NCBI GenBank assembly: GCA_964439515.1
Contig: CAYTNU010000004.1
Location: 1,832 to 51,952, forward strand
DNA length: 50,121 nucleotides
Reading direction: 5' to 3'
From: an uncultured Candidatus Saccharibacteria bacterium
GTDB lineage: Bacteria > Patescibacteriota > Minisyncoccia > Portnoybacterales > UBA2143
Under the pieces are notes generated by a model that did no database searches, was not told the DNA's origin, and saw only the letters and a list, made by a program, of their open reading frames with translations. Each line of letters opens with the position of its first letter. The first letter of the stretch is position 1. Made by a program: the position numbers and the translations under genes. Below, in pieces: positions 16,922-28,645 of this stretch.

Positions 16922-18298
16922 ATGGTTACAATGGAAAAAATTGTATCTTTAGCTAAAAGAAGAGGATTTGTTTATCCTTCTTCGGATATTTATGGTGGTT
17001 TTGCGGCAATTTATGATTACGGACCTTATGGAGTTGAATTAGAAAATAATATTAAGCGTTTTTGGTGGCGAAATGTAGTTTTAAAAAGAGAAGACATAGT
17101 TGGCTTGGATTCAGCTATTTTTATGCATCCTAAGATTTGGGAAGCTAGTGGTCATGTGTCTGGTTTTTCTGACCCCTTAGTTGAATGCAAAAATTGTCAT
17201 GCTCGTTTTAGAGTTGATCATTTATTGGCTGAAATTAATGTGGAGGCTGACGAGAAAATGTCTGAAGAGGAAATTAACAAGATTTTTTCTGAGAACAAAG
17301 AAAAGATAAAATGTCCTAATTGCGGTAAAAATAATTTTACTGATGCCAAGAAATTCAACCTTTTAGTTAAGTCTAATCTGGGTAATTTTACAGGAGATTG
17401 GGACAAGGAACCAGCTTATTTACGCGGAGAAACTTGCCAGGGAATTTATGTTAATTATAAGAATATTTTAGATTCAACAAGAGTCAAAATTCCTTTTGGC
17501 ATTGCTCAAATTGGTAAAGCTTTTCGCAATGAAATAACAGCTCGTCAATTTCTTTTTAGAACACGAGAGTTTGATCAAATGGAAATGCAATATTTTGTTC
17601 ATCCAGATAAAGAAATGGAAGAGTATGAAAAATTAAGAGAAGATCGTTGGCAATACTATTTAGACTTAGGGCTTAAAAAAGAACATTTAAAATGGGAAAA
17701 GCATAAAAATTTGGTTTTTTATGCTAAGGCGGCTTATGATATAGAATATAAGTTTCCTTTTGGTTTTGATGAATTAGAAGGTGTCCATGCTCGAGGTGAT
17801 TATGATTTATCTCAACATACTAAATTTTCTGGAAAAGATTTATCATATTTTGATTCTAAAACAGGTGAGAAATATATGCCTCATATTATTGAATCATCAG
17901 TTGGAGTGGGTCGAACAGTTTTTGCTGTTTTAACTGAGGCCTATACTGAAGAAAAAGTAGGCAAAGAGATAAGAGTAGTTATGAAATTTCCTAAACGATT
18001 AGCTCCAATTCAGGTAGCAGTTTTTCCTCTTTTAAGAAATAAGTTAAAATTGGTTAAGAAAGCTAGAGAGATTTTTGATCAACTTAAAATATCCTATACC
18101 TGTGAGTTTGACGATCATGGTAATATTGGTAAGCGTTATCGTCGACAAGATGAAATCGGAACACCCTATTGTATTACAGTTGATTTTGATAGTTTAGATA
18201 ATGATGATGTTACAATTCGTGATCGTGACACCATGAAACAAAAGAGAATTAAAATTAAAGAACTAGACCCTTATCTTAAAAAACAATATGGCAAATAA
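16922..18298 (+). CDS. glyQS: Glycyl-tRNA synthetase (class II, alpha2 type)
   Basis: MEKIVSLAKRRGFVYPSSDIYGG, FRNEITARQFLFRTREFDQMEMQYF, GVGRTV. The start at 16922 avoids overlap with the upstream gene. The track start is 16907. Confidence 0.93.
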   Translation: MVTMEKIVSLAKRRGFVYPSSDIYGGFAAIYDYGPYGVELENNIKRFWWRNVVLKREDIVGLDSAIFMHPKIWEASGHVSGFSDPLVECKNCHARFRVDHLLAEINVEADEKMSEEEINKIFSENKEKIKCPNCGKNNFTDAKKFNLLVKSNLGNFTGDWDKEPAYLRGETCQGIYVNYKNILDSTRVKIPFGIAQIGKAFRNEITARQFLFRTREFDQMEMQYFVHPDKEMEEYEKLREDRWQYYLDLGLKKEHLKWEKHKNLVFYAKAAYDIEYKFPFGFDELEGVHARGDYDLSQHTKFSGKDLSYFDSKTGEKYMPHIIESSVGVGRTVFAVLTEAYTEEKVGKEIRVVMKFPKRLAPIQVAVFPLLRNKLKLVKKAREIFDQLKISYTCEFDDHGNIGKRYRRQDEIGTPYCITVDFDSLDNDDVTIRDRDTMKQKRIKIKELDPYLKKQYGK

Positions 18299-19562
18299 TT
18301 ATAAAAAAACAACTCTTAAAAATGGATTAAGAATTATTACTGTTCCGTCTAAAAATACAAAAACAGCAGCAGTTTTGGTATTAGTAAAAACAGGATCTAA
18401 ATATGAAACTAAAGATATTAATGGAATATCTCATTTTTTAGAACATATGTTTTTTAAGGGGACTAAAAAATATCCTAGTACTTTAAAACTAATAGAACCA
18501 TTAGATAAAATTGGTGGAATATATAATGCTTTTACTAGTGAAGAATATACTGGTTATTGGACTAAAGTTGATGCTGATCATTTAGATTTAGCATTAAGAT
18601 GGGTTTCTGATATATATTTAAATTCTAAAATAGAGCAAGAAGAAATCAATAGAGAAAAAGGCACTATTCTTCAAGAACTTAATATGCTTTTAGACACGCC
18701 AATGCGTTATGTATATGATCTTTGGACAGATCTTCTTTATGGAGATCAGCCTGCTGGATGGGATGTTATTGGTACAGAAGAAGTAATTAAAAAAGCAAAA
18801 AAAGAACAATTTATTAAATATTTAAAAGAACATTATTCTTCTAAAAATACAATAATTGCTATAGCAGGAAATATTGATTATAAAAAAACTATTAATAAAG
18901 TTAAAAAATATTTTAAACCTATTAATAGTAATTTAGTTAAAGATAAATTGCCGGTTAAAGAGGAACAAAGCAAACCTGAATCTTTGATTTATTATAAAGA
19001 TACAGATCAAACACATCTTCATTTGGGAGTACGGGCTTATAATACTTTTCATCCTGATAAGTATGCATTAGGTTTGTTAGCAGTAATATTGGGTGGCAAT
19101 ATGAGTTCTCGTTTATGGATATCCGTTAGAGAGAGACAAGGATTAGCATATTATGTTGGTTCTAGTATTGATACTGATACTGACACAGGATCTTTTGTTA
19201 CTCGAGCAGGAGTTGATAATCAAAAAGTAGAAAAGGCGATTGTCACAATTCTTGATGAATATAAAAAAATATCTCAGAAAAAAATAACCCTAGCTGAACT
19301 TAAAAAAGCTAAAGATTACATTAAAGGAACTTCTTTGATTGGTATGGAATCATCAGATGAGAAAGCTTCTTTTTATGCTTCTCAAGAACTTTTAACTAAT
19401 AAAATTTTGACTTTAGAGGAAAAATTCAGTAAAATAAATAAAGTGACAGTTGATGATATTCAGCGCGTGGCTAAAGACATTTTTAAACCAGAAAAATTAA
19501 ATTTAGCATTAATCGGACCGTTTAAGGATAAAAAAAGATTTGAAAAAATATTAAAGATTTAA
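18288..19562 (+). CDS. M16-family (pitrilysin/insulinase-like) zinc peptidase
   Basis: Inverted zinc motif HFLEHMFFKGT. About 420 aa with a two-domain layout. Confidence 0.85.
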   Translation: MANNYKKTTLKNGLRIITVPSKNTKTAAVLVLVKTGSKYETKDINGISHFLEHMFFKGTKKYPSTLKLIEPLDKIGGIYNAFTSEEYTGYWTKVDADHLDLALRWVSDIYLNSKIEQEEINREKGTILQELNMLLDTPMRYVYDLWTDLLYGDQPAGWDVIGTEEVIKKAKKEQFIKYLKEHYSSKNTIIAIAGNIDYKKTINKVKKYFKPINSNLVKDKLPVKEEQSKPESLIYYKDTDQTHLHLGVRAYNTFHPDKYALGLLAVILGGNMSSRLWISVRERQGLAYYVGSSIDTDTDTGSFVTRAGVDNQKVEKAIVTILDEYKKISQKKITLAELKKAKDYIKGTSLIGMESSDEKASFYASQELLTNKILTLEEKFSKINKVTVDDIQRVAKDIFKPEKLNLALIGPFKDKKRFEKILKI

Positions 19563-19563
19563 T

Positions 19564-20568
19564 ATGGATAATTCTCAAACATTTAATATCTCTACCTCTA
19601 CTATTTTCCGAATTATTATTATTTTATTAGGTTTGGTATTTTTGTATTTTATTCGTGATATTCTTTTAATTATTTTTGTATCAGTTATTATCGCAGCCGC
19701 AATGAATGGTCCGGTGAGTTGGTTGCAGAATCATAAAATACATCGTATTTTAGGAGTTCTTTTTGTCTATTTAATCTTTTTACTATTAGCTATTTTAGTT
19801 ATTACAATAATTTCTCCTGTACTGGCTGAACAGATTAAACAATTAGCTAATTATTTTCCAGAACTTATAGAAAAAGTAAATATTGGTTTCCAGGAATGGT
19901 GGGGACAATATAGAACAGATGTTAATTTACAGTCTTTTTTAGATAATTTTAGCAATAAGTTAAATCAGGCTACGTCTAGTATCTTTGGTACTGTTGTCGG
20001 TCTTTTTGGTGGCTTGTTTTCGTTCGGTATTGTTTTAGTTATTTCTTTCTATTTAGCTGTTCAAGAAAAAGGCGTGAAAAGATTTTTTATTTCGATGACA
20101 CCGAGTGAACATCAGCATTATGTTTCCGATTTGATTAACAGAATTCAGATTAGAATAGGAGGATGGTTGAGAGGTCAATTGCTTTTGATGTTAATTATTG
20201 GTTCTTTAACTTTTATTGGTCTTTACTTTTTAGGAGTTAAATATGCCTTAACATTGGCTTTAATAGCTGGTATTTTAGAATTAATTCCATATATCGGACC
20301 ATTTATAGCTCTTATCCCTGCAGTTATTTTAGCTTTTGTTCAATCGCCGATGCTCGCTTTATTAGTTATTGTGCTTTATGTCGTTATTCAGCAATTAGAA
20401 AATTATGTTATTGTTCCACAAGTAATGAAAAAGGCAGTAAATCTTAATCCAATTGTTATTATTGTCGTTATGTTAATTGGTGCTAAATTGGCTGGTGTTA
20501 TGGGAATTATTCTATCTATTCCATTAACAGCTGCAGTAGCAGAGTTTCTTAAAGATTTTCAAAAATAA
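19564..20568 (+). CDS. AI-2E family transporter (PerM/UPF0118)
   Basis: About 8 TM segments. ELIPYIGPFIALIP motif. Confidence 0.8.
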   Translation: MDNSQTFNISTSTIFRIIIILLGLVFLYFIRDILLIIFVSVIIAAAMNGPVSWLQNHKIHRILGVLFVYLIFLLLAILVITIISPVLAEQIKQLANYFPELIEKVNIGFQEWWGQYRTDVNLQSFLDNFSNKLNQATSSIFGTVVGLFGGLFSFGIVLVISFYLAVQEKGVKRFFISMTPSEHQHYVSDLINRIQIRIGGWLRGQLLLMLIIGSLTFIGLYFLGVKYALTLALIAGILELIPYIGPFIALIPAVILAFVQSPMLALLVIVLYVVIQQLENYVIVPQVMKKAVNLNPIVIIVVMLIGAKLAGVMGIILSIPLTAAVAEFLKDFQK

Positions 20569-20595
20569 ATTTAATTGAAAAACATAGTGAAAATT

Positions 20596-20620
20596 ACCCT
20601 TGCCAAAAGGGTCTTTTTTT
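20596..20620 (+). terminator. Rho-independent terminator after the transporter gene
   Basis: ACCCTT (20596..20601) pairs with AAGGGT (20607..20612) around a 5-nt loop, followed by CTTTTTTT. Confidence 0.55.
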
Positions 20621-20635
20621 ATATACAATATAAGC

Positions 20636-21307
20636 ATGAACCTATATATTATTGCTACTCCGATTGGGAATCTTAGTGATTTATCTTTTAGATCTTTAGA
20701 TATTTTAAAAGGTGTGGATTTAATTCTTTGTGAAGATACTAGAGTTACTAAAAAGCTTTTAAATCGTTATGAAATTTCTAAGCCAACTGCTAGCTATCAT
20801 CAGCATAGTAAATTAAATAAGAACAAATATATTTTAGAAGAATTAAAAAAAGGTAAGAATTTGGCCTTGGTTTCAGATGCTGGGACCCCAACCATCAGTG
20901 ATCCAGGAGCTAAATTAATTGAATATTTAGGTAAAGAATTACCAATCTTAAATATTATTCCGATACCTGGTCCATCTGCTTTAATTTCTGCTTTAAGTGT
21001 TTCTGGATTTTCGGCTGATAAATTTATTTTTCTTGGATTTCCGCCAGTAAAAAATAAAAGGAAAAAATTTTTTCAAGAAATTGCAGATTTAAAATATACC
21101 GCTGTTTTTTATGAATCTCCTCATCGGATTTTAAAAACATTGGGAGAGTTAGAAATAGTTTTAGATTCTGAAAGAAAGATTGTTGTTTGTCGTGAATTAA
21201 CTAAAAAATTTGAAACAATTTATCGTGGGAATATCAAAGAAGTTATTGAACAAATTAATAACGATAAGATCAAAGGAGAATTTGTTATTGTTTTAGAAAG
21301 TAAATAA
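20636..21307 (+). CDS. rsmI: 16S rRNA (cytidine1402-2'-O)-methyltransferase
   Basis: MNLYIIATPIGNLSDLSFRSLDILKGVDLILCEDTR. The start is moved to the ATG at 20636 (track: 20600). TACAAT (20624..20629) lies 6 nt upstream. Confidence 0.9.
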   Translation: MNLYIIATPIGNLSDLSFRSLDILKGVDLILCEDTRVTKKLLNRYEISKPTASYHQHSKLNKNKYILEELKKGKNLALVSDAGTPTISDPGAKLIEYLGKELPILNIIPIPGPSALISALSVSGFSADKFIFLGFPPVKNKRKKFFQEIADLKYTAVFYESPHRILKTLGELEIVLDSERKIVVCRELTKKFETIYRGNIKEVIEQINNDKIKGEFVIVLESK

Positions 21308-21308
21308 T

Positions 21309-22739
21309 ATGAAAAAGAAATTCTATATTACTACACCCATATATTATGTTAATGATAAGCCACATATTGGACATGCCTATACAACAATTGCAGCTGATGT
21401 TTTAGCGCGTTATCATCGTAAATTAGGAGATAATGTTTATTTTTTAACAGGCACAGATGAACATGGTGATAAAATCGCTGAATCTGCAAAAAAAGCCGGA
21501 AAATCTCCTCAAGAATTTACAGATGAAGTAGTAAAAGATTTTAAAAAAGCATGGGAGAAATTAGATATTAAATATGATGATTTTATTAGAACCACGGAAG
21601 AAAGACATGAAAAGGGAGTAATTAAATTTTTAACTAAACTAAAGCAAGGCGACAATATTTATCAAGATGATTATAAGGCGATGTATTGTGATGATTGTGA
21701 GGACTTTATTTTTAAAAAAGACCTAGTTGATGGTAAGTGTCCGTATCATAAAAAAGAACCCAAATTAGTTTCTGAAAAAAACTATTTTTTCAAATTAATT
21801 GATTTTTTACCTCAAGTTAAAAAATTAATTGAAAAAAATGAGATAATAATTGAACCAAAAGAACGTAGGAAAGAAGTTCTTTCTTTGTTAAAACAGGATT
21901 TAGGTAATCTTTCTATTTCTAGACAAAGAGTAAAATGGGGAATTGATTTGCCCTTTGATAAAAAACAAAAGATATATGTTTGGGTAGAAGCTCTTCAAAA
22001 TTATATTACTGCAATTGGTTATGGAAATGATGAGAAGAAATTTAATAAATACTGGCCCGTTGACGTTCATTTAATTGCTAAGGATATTGTTAAATTCCAT
22101 TGTATTTTTTGGCCAGCTCTTCTTTTAGCGGTTGGATTAAAACCACCTAAAAAAGTTTTTGTTCATGGATTTTTTACAGTAGATGGACAAAAAATGAGTA
22201 AAACATTAGGAAATGCTATTGATCCAATTTATTTGGTTGATAAATATGGCGTAGATGCAGTTAGATATTTTTTATTAAGAGAAATTTCATTTGGCAATGA
22301 TGGAGATTTTAGTATTAAACGATTAGAAGAGAGATATAATTCTGATTTGGCTAATGGACTTGGTAATTTAGTTAGTAGAGTTTTGACGTTATCAGAAAAA
22401 GTTAAAGCCAAAAAGAATAAAGCAAACAAGGAATTTAATTTAAAAATTGAATCAGTTCAAAAGAAATACAAGGAAGCGATGGAAGAGATTAAACCTAATG
22501 AAGCATTAGAATCAATTTGGCAATTAATTAGTTTTTGTGACGAAAACATTGAGAAGAATAAGCCATGGGAATTAATTAAAAATAATCAAGATAAAGCCAA
22601 AGAAGTTTTAGGGCAATTATTAATAGCTCTTAAAGAAATTGCTGATTTATTAAGTCCGTTTATGCCAGGAACTTCAGAAAAAATTATTAAACAAATTAAG
22701 GAAAATAAAAAAACCGAGAGTTTATTCCCTCGATTGTAA
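21309..22739 (+). CDS. metG: Methionyl-tRNA synthetase (short form)
   Basis: YYVNDKPHIGHAYTT, zinc knuckle CDDCEDF...CPYH, KMSKTLGN. Confidence 0.95.
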   Translation: MKKKFYITTPIYYVNDKPHIGHAYTTIAADVLARYHRKLGDNVYFLTGTDEHGDKIAESAKKAGKSPQEFTDEVVKDFKKAWEKLDIKYDDFIRTTEERHEKGVIKFLTKLKQGDNIYQDDYKAMYCDDCEDFIFKKDLVDGKCPYHKKEPKLVSEKNYFFKLIDFLPQVKKLIEKNEIIIEPKERRKEVLSLLKQDLGNLSISRQRVKWGIDLPFDKKQKIYVWVEALQNYITAIGYGNDEKKFNKYWPVDVHLIAKDIVKFHCIFWPALLLAVGLKPPKKVFVHGFFTVDGQKMSKTLGNAIDPIYLVDKYGVDAVRYFLLREISFGNDGDFSIKRLEERYNSDLANGLGNLVSRVLTLSEKVKAKKNKANKEFNLKIESVQKKYKEAMEEIKPNEALESIWQLISFCDENIEKNKPWELIKNNQDKAKEVLGQLLIALKEIADLLSPFMPGTSEKIIKQIKENKKTESLFPRL

Positions 22740-22741
22740 AT

Positions 22742-23572
22742 ATGTCTAAACCAATTTTAATTGATACCCATACTCATATAAATTTTAATGCGTATAAAAA
22801 AGACGGAGATGAAGTAATCAAGCGGACATTAAAAGAAAATGTCTGGATTATTAATACTGGAGCACAGTATAGCACTAGTAAAAGAGCAATAAAATACGCT
22901 GAAAAATATAAAGAAGGCGTTTATGCTGTTGTTGGATTGCATCCTATGCATGCTTGTTATTGGAGTAAGGAAATAGAATCATTTGAAGAACTTGATATAG
23001 AAAAATATAGAAAACTATTAGAGAATTCAAAAGTAGTAGCCATAGGCGAAATCGGACTTGATTATATAAATGAAATTAGTGAAGAAAATAAAGAAAAGCA
23101 GAAAGCAGTTTTTATGATGCAATTAGACTTAGCTCGTCAAATGGATAAGCCTGTGGTTTTGCATTGTCGCAAGGCCTATGATGATATGCTTGGTCTTTTA
23201 GAGATGTTTAATTTTGGTTGTGCTGGATGTCATATGCCTTGTGCTCCTAATAAATTAAGAGGTGTCTCTCATTGTTTTGTGGGTAGATGGTCTCAAGCAG
23301 AAAAATTTTTAGAATTAGGTTTTCATCTTGGGTTTAATGGTATAATTACTTATTCTCGCGATTATGATAAAGTAATTAAGAACACTCCTCTGAATAGGAT
23401 TCTTTTAGAAACAGATGCGCCATACTTAACGCCAGAGCCACATAGGGGAGAAAGGAATGAACCACTATATATTAAATATGTAGCTGAAAAAATTGCTGAA
23501 ATTAAAGGAATTAAATTTAAAGAAGTTGCTGAACAAACAACAAAAAATGCTAGAGAGTTATTTAATATATAA
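22742..23572 (+). CDS. TatD-family metal-dependent hydrolase/DNase
   Basis: IDTHTHINF, GEIGLDY, LHCRKA, ETDAPYLTP. Confidence 0.9.
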   Translation: MSKPILIDTHTHINFNAYKKDGDEVIKRTLKENVWIINTGAQYSTSKRAIKYAEKYKEGVYAVVGLHPMHACYWSKEIESFEELDIEKYRKLLENSKVVAIGEIGLDYINEISEENKEKQKAVFMMQLDLARQMDKPVVLHCRKAYDDMLGLLEMFNFGCAGCHMPCAPNKLRGVSHCFVGRWSQAEKFLELGFHLGFNGIITYSRDYDKVIKNTPLNRILLETDAPYLTPEPHRGERNEPLYIKYVAEKIAEIKGIKFKEVAEQTTKNARELFNI

Positions 23573-23588
23573 ATAAATTTAACTTATT

Positions 23589-25991
23589 ATGTCAAAATAT
23601 AATTTTAGTAAAATAGAACCTAAGTGGCAAAAAGAGTGGGAAAAGCAAGACCTGTATAAAGCAGTTGATTTTGATAAGAGACCAAAGAAGTATATTATGG
23701 TTGAATTTCCTTATCCTTCAGGAGACGGATTACATGTTGGACATGTTCGTAGTTATAGTGCATTAGATGCTTTATCTCGTAAAAAAAGAATGCAGGGATT
23801 TAATGTTCTTTACCCAATGGGTTGGGATGCTTTTGGATTACCTACTGAAAATTATGCTATTAAAACAGGCCTTCATCCATCTAAGGTAACGAAAAATAAT
23901 ATTAAAATTTTTAAAAAACAGATGAAGTCGATTGGTCTTTCTTTTGATTGGTCGCGTGAGATTAATACAACTGATTCTGAATATTATAAATGGAGTCAAT
24001 GGATTTTCATTCAACTTTTTAAAAAAGGATTAGCTTATCAATCGGAAATGCCAATTAATTGGTGTCCAAAATGTAAAATTGGATTAGCTAATGAAGAAGT
24101 AATTAATGGTAAATGTGAACGATGTGGAGCTCAAACCGAGAAAAAAAATCTTAAACAATGGATGTTAAAAATTACTGAATACGCAGATAGATTAATTGAT
24201 GATTTAGAAAAAGTTGATTATGTAGAAAAAATTAAAACACAACAGATTAATTGGATTGGACGCAGTCATGGAACAGAAATTGATTTTAAAATTGTTGATT
24301 CTGATGAAATTATTAAGGTCTTTACTACTCGTGCAGATACTTCTTTTGGAATCACTGCTATGATTATTGCCCCAGAACATTCTTTATTAAAAAAAATAAC
24401 AACTAAAGAAAATCAAGACAAAATTAATTCTTATGTAGATTCTTCTAAGAAAAAAAGTGAATTTGAAAGAACTCAATTAGAGAAAGAAAAAACAGGAGTA
24501 TTCACTGGTTCTTATTGTGTTAATCCAGTTAATAATGAAAAGATTCCGATTTGGGTTTCAGATTATGTCATTGCTACCTATGGTGGCGGGGCTGTTATGA
24601 TTGTTCCGGCACATGATAAAAGAGATTATGCTTTTGCTAAAAAATATGATGTAGGCATTAGAGAGGTAGTATCTGGAGGAGATATTTCTAAAGAACCATA
24701 TACTGAATATGGAAAATTAATTAATTCTGAAGAATTTAATGGATTATCATCTAAGGAGGCAATCGAAAAAATTACGGATTGGCTTATTAAAAATAAAGTT
24801 GGACAGAGAACAATCAATTATAAGCTGCGTGATTGGGTATTTTCTCGTCAACATTATTGGGGTGAACCAATTCCTATTGTTCATTGTGAGAAATGTGGAA
24901 TTGTTACTGTACCAGAAAAAGACTTACCAGTTGAATTACCTCATGTAGAAAAGTATGAGCCAACTGATACTGGAGAATCTCCTTTGGCGGATATTCAAGA
25001 ATGGGTTAATACAAAATGTCCTAAATGTGGAGGTTCAGCTAAGAGAGAAACAGATACAATGCCTAACTGGGCTGGTTCATCTTGGTATTTTTTAAGATAT
25101 ATTGATCCTAATAATAATGAAAAATTTGCTGATTTTGATAAGTTAAAATATTGGTTACCTGTTGATTTATATAATGGAGGAATGGAACATACTACTCTCC
25201 ATCTTCTTTATTCTCGTTTTTGGCATAAGGTTTTATACGATTTGAAATTAGTTCCTACAGAAGAACCATATCAACGACGTTATTCTCATGGCATGGTTTT
25301 GGCTGAAGACGGGAGAAAAATGAGTAAAAGTTTTAATAATGTAGTTAATCCAGATGATACCATAACTGAATATGGAGCTGATACTTTGAGGATTTATGAA
25401 ATGTTTATGGGGCCTTTTGATCAAACGATTTCTTGGAGCATTAAAGGAGTTCAGGGTTGTTTTCGTTTTTTAAATAAAGTTTGGCAGATATTTAATAGCA
25501 AGGGAAAGATAGGAAAAGTTAGTGATAAAAAATTAATTACTAAATTACATCAATTAATTAAGAAGGTAAACGATGATTTAGATAATATGAAATTTAATAC
25601 TGCTGTTGCAGTAATGATGGAATTTGTTAATGCATGGTCAGAAGATGGAAAAATTTTATCTAAAAAAGACGCTCAAGCTTTTCTATATCTATTGTCTCCT
25701 TTCGCTCCTCATATTGTTGAAGAACTTTGGAATAAATTAGGGAACAAAGAAAGTATTTTCAAAGAAGAATGGCCAGAGTATGATAAAAAATTGATTCAAG
25801 AAGAAACAGTACAATTAATAGTTCAAATAAATGGCAAGGTAAGAGATAAAATAGAAATTAAAATTGGTCTTTCTGAAAAAGAAGTTCAAGAATTGATTTT
25901 ATCTCAAGAAGGAATTCAGAAATGGTTAGATGGTAAAAAAATTAAAAAATTTATTTATATCCCTAATAGATTGGTTAATTTAGTAATATAA
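23589..25991 (+). CDS. leuS: Leucyl-tRNA synthetase
   Basis: FPYPSGDGLHVGHVRSY, CP1 editing domain, KMSKSFNN. 800 aa. Confidence 0.97.
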   Translation: MSKYNFSKIEPKWQKEWEKQDLYKAVDFDKRPKKYIMVEFPYPSGDGLHVGHVRSYSALDALSRKKRMQGFNVLYPMGWDAFGLPTENYAIKTGLHPSKVTKNNIKIFKKQMKSIGLSFDWSREINTTDSEYYKWSQWIFIQLFKKGLAYQSEMPINWCPKCKIGLANEEVINGKCERCGAQTEKKNLKQWMLKITEYADRLIDDLEKVDYVEKIKTQQINWIGRSHGTEIDFKIVDSDEIIKVFTTRADTSFGITAMIIAPEHSLLKKITTKENQDKINSYVDSSKKKSEFERTQLEKEKTGVFTGSYCVNPVNNEKIPIWVSDYVIATYGGGAVMIVPAHDKRDYAFAKKYDVGIREVVSGGDISKEPYTEYGKLINSEEFNGLSSKEAIEKITDWLIKNKVGQRTINYKLRDWVFSRQHYWGEPIPIVHCEKCGIVTVPEKDLPVELPHVEKYEPTDTGESPLADIQEWVNTKCPKCGGSAKRETDTMPNWAGSSWYFLRYIDPNNNEKFADFDKLKYWLPVDLYNGGMEHTTLHLLYSRFWHKVLYDLKLVPTEEPYQRRYSHGMVLAEDGRKMSKSFNNVVNPDDTITEYGADTLRIYEMFMGPFDQTISWSIKGVQGCFRFLNKVWQIFNSKGKIGKVSDKKLITKLHQLIKKVNDDLDNMKFNTAVAVMMEFVNAWSEDGKILSKKDAQAFLYLLSPFAPHIVEELWNKLGNKESIFKEEWPEYDKKLIQEETVQLIVQINGKVRDKIEIKIGLSEKEVQELILSQEGIQKWLDGKKIKKFIYIPNRLVNLVI

Positions 25992-26638
25992 TGGAAATTA
26001 TTAAGTTTAATTTAAAGGGGGATTGGAGCGATTTAGATAGTCGGATAATTGAGCAAGCAGTTAGAACTATTAAAAGAGGAGGAAGTATTGTTTTCCCAAC
26101 TGACACAGTTTATGGGTTAGGAGTTAACGCTTTAAAGCCGTACAGCATTGAACGGCTTTTTAAGATTAAAAAAAGACCAGAAGGTAAACCAGTCCCTATT
26201 ATAGTTAAAAACATTGAAATGGCTAAGCAATTAGCTTATGTAGATAGAAAAATTGAAAAAGTATTAACTGAAGTTTGGCCTGGACAAGTAACAGTAGTTT
26301 TAGAAAAAAGATCAATTGTTCCAGATGTTTTAACTGCTGGACTAAAAACAGTTGGGTTAAGAATTCCTAATAATTATTTTACTCAATATTTAATGGAAAA
26401 TTTAGACGAGCCGATTACAGCTACTTCAGCTAATTTTTCTAATCAACCATCTTTAAGTTCTGCAATGGAAATAATTAAAATTTTTGATAAAGCATATCCT
26501 GTTCCAGATTTAATTTTGGATGCAGGTGAATTACCTCCAAGTCCACCATCAACTGTTCTAGATCTAACTAGTTCTCAACCGAGAATTACTAGAATGGGAC
26601 CAATTAGCAAAAAGGACTTAATGGAAGTGATTAAATAA
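25991..26638 (+). CDS. tsaC: L-threonylcarbamoyladenylate synthase (TsaC/YrdC/Sua5 family)
   Basis: GGSIVFPTDTVYGLGVNA, KIKKRPEGKPVPIIV, ATSANFS. The ATG overlaps the leuS stop (TAATG). Confidence 0.9.
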   Translation: MEIIKFNLKGDWSDLDSRIIEQAVRTIKRGGSIVFPTDTVYGLGVNALKPYSIERLFKIKKRPEGKPVPIIVKNIEMAKQLAYVDRKIEKVLTEVWPGQVTVVLEKRSIVPDVLTAGLKTVGLRIPNNYFTQYLMENLDEPITATSANFSNQPSLSSAMEIIKIFDKAYPVPDLILDAGELPPSPPSTVLDLTSSQPRITRMGPISKKDLMEVIK

Positions 26639-26640
26639 GA

Positions 26641-26665
26641 AAACTGGCTAATAGCCAGTTTTTTT
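26641..26665 (+). terminator. Rho-independent terminator of the leuS-tsaC unit
   Basis: AAACTGGCT (26641..26649), loop AAT, AGCCAGTTT (26653..26661), running into TTTTTTT. Confidence 0.8.
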
Positions 26666-26757
26666 ATGGAGCTATTCTTAAATTGGTTCAAATATAATTT
26701 TTAGTGAACTTAGCTCGCCAATAAAATTTTATTATATTTTACCCTTGAAAGGAAATT

Positions 26758-26802
26758 AAGAAAAAGAAAAATGACCGTCTGAATTGAGCAAACGGTCATT
26801 TT
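26758..26802 (-). terminator. Rho-independent terminator of the KARI gene
   Basis: AAAATGACCGT (26768..26778) pairs with ACGGTCATTTT (26792..26802). On the minus strand it is followed by TCTTTTTCTT. Confidence 0.75.
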
Positions 26803-26816
26803 CAATATTTGGTTGA

Positions 26817-28367
<1,551 letters not shown>

Positions 28368-28491
28368 TTAATGCATATCTCCTTTTTTCATTAAAAATAA
28401 AAAAAGGGTTTTTGCCCCCCGTTTATATAAATATTAATACACTTTTTAGAAAAAAAAATCAAGCCCAAAATGTAAAAAACCATATAATTTT

Positions 28492-28578
28492 TGGTGGGGA
28501 TGGAGGGAGTCGAACCCTCACGGACTTGCGTCCAGTAGTGTTTGAGACTACCCTGTCTACCAGTTCCAGCACATCCCC
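28492..28578 (-). tRNA. tRNA-Leu (anticodon CAA), long variable arm, CCA encoded
   Basis: Reverse complement: GGGGATGTGCTGGAACTGGTAGACAGGGTAGTCTCAAACACTACTGGACGCAAGTCCGTGAGGGTTCGACTCCCTCCATCCCCACCA. Acceptor GGGGATG/CATCCCC, anticodon stem GTAGT/ACTAC with loop CTCAAAC, T-arm GAGGG/TTCGACT/CCCTC. Confidence 0.92.
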
Positions 28579-28609
28579 TTTGTTCTCATTCTCTCTTAAA
28601 ATCTATTTA

Positions 28610-28638
28610 TTGTCAATTAAGATGGATTAGAGTATAAT
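28610..28638 (+). promoter_or_regulatory. Near-consensus promoter of parAB: TTGTCA-N17-TATAAT, with the ATG 7 nt downstream
   Basis: -35 at 28610..28615, -10 at 28633..28638, ATG at 28646. No SD. Confidence 0.55.
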
Positions 28639-28645
28639 AATTTAT